A stretch of 64,000 nucleotides of DNA. Origin: Octopus sinensis. Its lineage: Eukaryota. This document shows, one piece after another, positions 62,816 to 64,000 of the stretch. The DNA lies in the NCBI RefSeq assembly GCF_006345805.1, contig NC_042998.1, positions 18,166,001 through 18,230,000 of the forward strand, given 5' to 3'. Position numbers and translations under genes: made by a program. The notes under the pieces are model-generated. The model was given only the letters and a program-made list of their open reading frames with translations. It was not told the DNA's origin and did no database searches. Positions within the stretch are counted from its first letter, which is position 1. Every line of letters starts with the position of its first letter.

Positions 62816-63924
62816 ACAACAGAATATGCTTAAACACACGAACTCACATAACGAATCTTGCAAACCAAATACAAAAACGAAATTGTTTAAATATTTTCTC
62901 GTTTCTTCTAATCTTCTAAATTATTAACTATTTTCTTTATATTTATTCTAATCATTCAGTTGATGACAGCTATGCTAGTCTTTTATTTTACAGCAGTTGA
63001 ATCTAGTTCTTTCTTATGTTTCCTACTTTTCCTGACAAGTCATATTTCGCTTACGATGGCTTCTTCACCCACATACAATTTTTAAATATGCTCTAATATT
63101 CTCCGACAAATATTCTCATATTGTGTTGTATCTAGGGAGTCATTATGTATATCATTCTTTTAATTCCTCACTTACGTTGATTTCTAAAAATACTTTTATA
63201 TAATTATATTATATTTTTTTAATCACTCCGATGGTTAGAAAAACTACAAAATTTATTCAAATATATTTGTATGCCATGACTATTCATATTCAGAATGCAT
63301 CTTATTTATCGTACTTAATTTGGATTCTCATAATACAAGTTCGGTACGATACAAATTTATGCTTTCTAGAAAGATTTAGACCCTCTTTTATATACTTATA
63401 ATTGATAAACTCGGTATTTAACTCAACCTTGCAAACAGTAAGAATTTCCAAATACCATTTGAATACTATTTTTATCATTGCTATTAATTTCACTATCAAT
63501 ATCGAAGTGGCGATATCCATTATATTCGAATCTAATATTATCGAATAGTCTAACATTATGGTATAGTTTTTCAAGAACTAGATTTTATTGCTTAATCTAT
63601 TTTATCTTTGTTTATTGTCTTGTGTTGTTTCATGTTTCGTAACGCACATCTACTTTAGTGTATTTTGGTCTCTGAACATTAAACCTTCATGAGGTTTTTA
63701 TCTTCCTTTGCTCCATCTATTTCTGTTTCTCCTCTCTCTATTTCTGTTATTTCCTTTGTCAGTTCTTTTGATGTTGATAGATTCATTGTGATATAAGTAT
63801 TTAATAAAATACGTTGACATTTTGGATTTAAAGGGCATTCTGTTTAAAGAAATGCATCTTCTCATTCATCTGTAAGTCTTATTCCCAAATGTTCGTAGTA
63901 CAGTAGTTGCACCATAAAACACAC

Positions 63925-64000
<76 letters not shown>

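Overview
AT-rich, microsatellite-dense eukaryotic non-coding DNA. The SINE families and repeat content point to an octopus genome (inference). I found no recognisable host protein-coding gene, rRNA, true tRNA or CRISPR array; nearly all ORF-track entries are microsatellite or SINE artefacts. The window is almost entirely mobile elements: a young, possibly intact Penelope-like element (PLE; RT plus C-terminal GIY-YIG, 15174-20373) inserted in (TA)n; a 5'-truncated R4/Dong-type LINE and related 3' ends in (TAA)n; older CR1-like, R2-group and PLE relics; four tRNA-derived SINE families; four non-autonomous Helitrons; a mariner fragment; and several MITE/fold-back palindromes. The main result is RNA structure, all folded by hand. 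Several hammerhead ribozyme (HHR) architectures occur in PLE-type terminal repeats: three copies of a minimal type I HHR with a self-complementary stem III, two copies of a second type I HHR, and a core-variant HHR. There are also two diverged copies (10485-10560, 40952-41020) of a motif with all three HHR strands in a non-circularly permuted, pseudoknotted order, plus an extra helix whose pairing is kept while its sequence changes.
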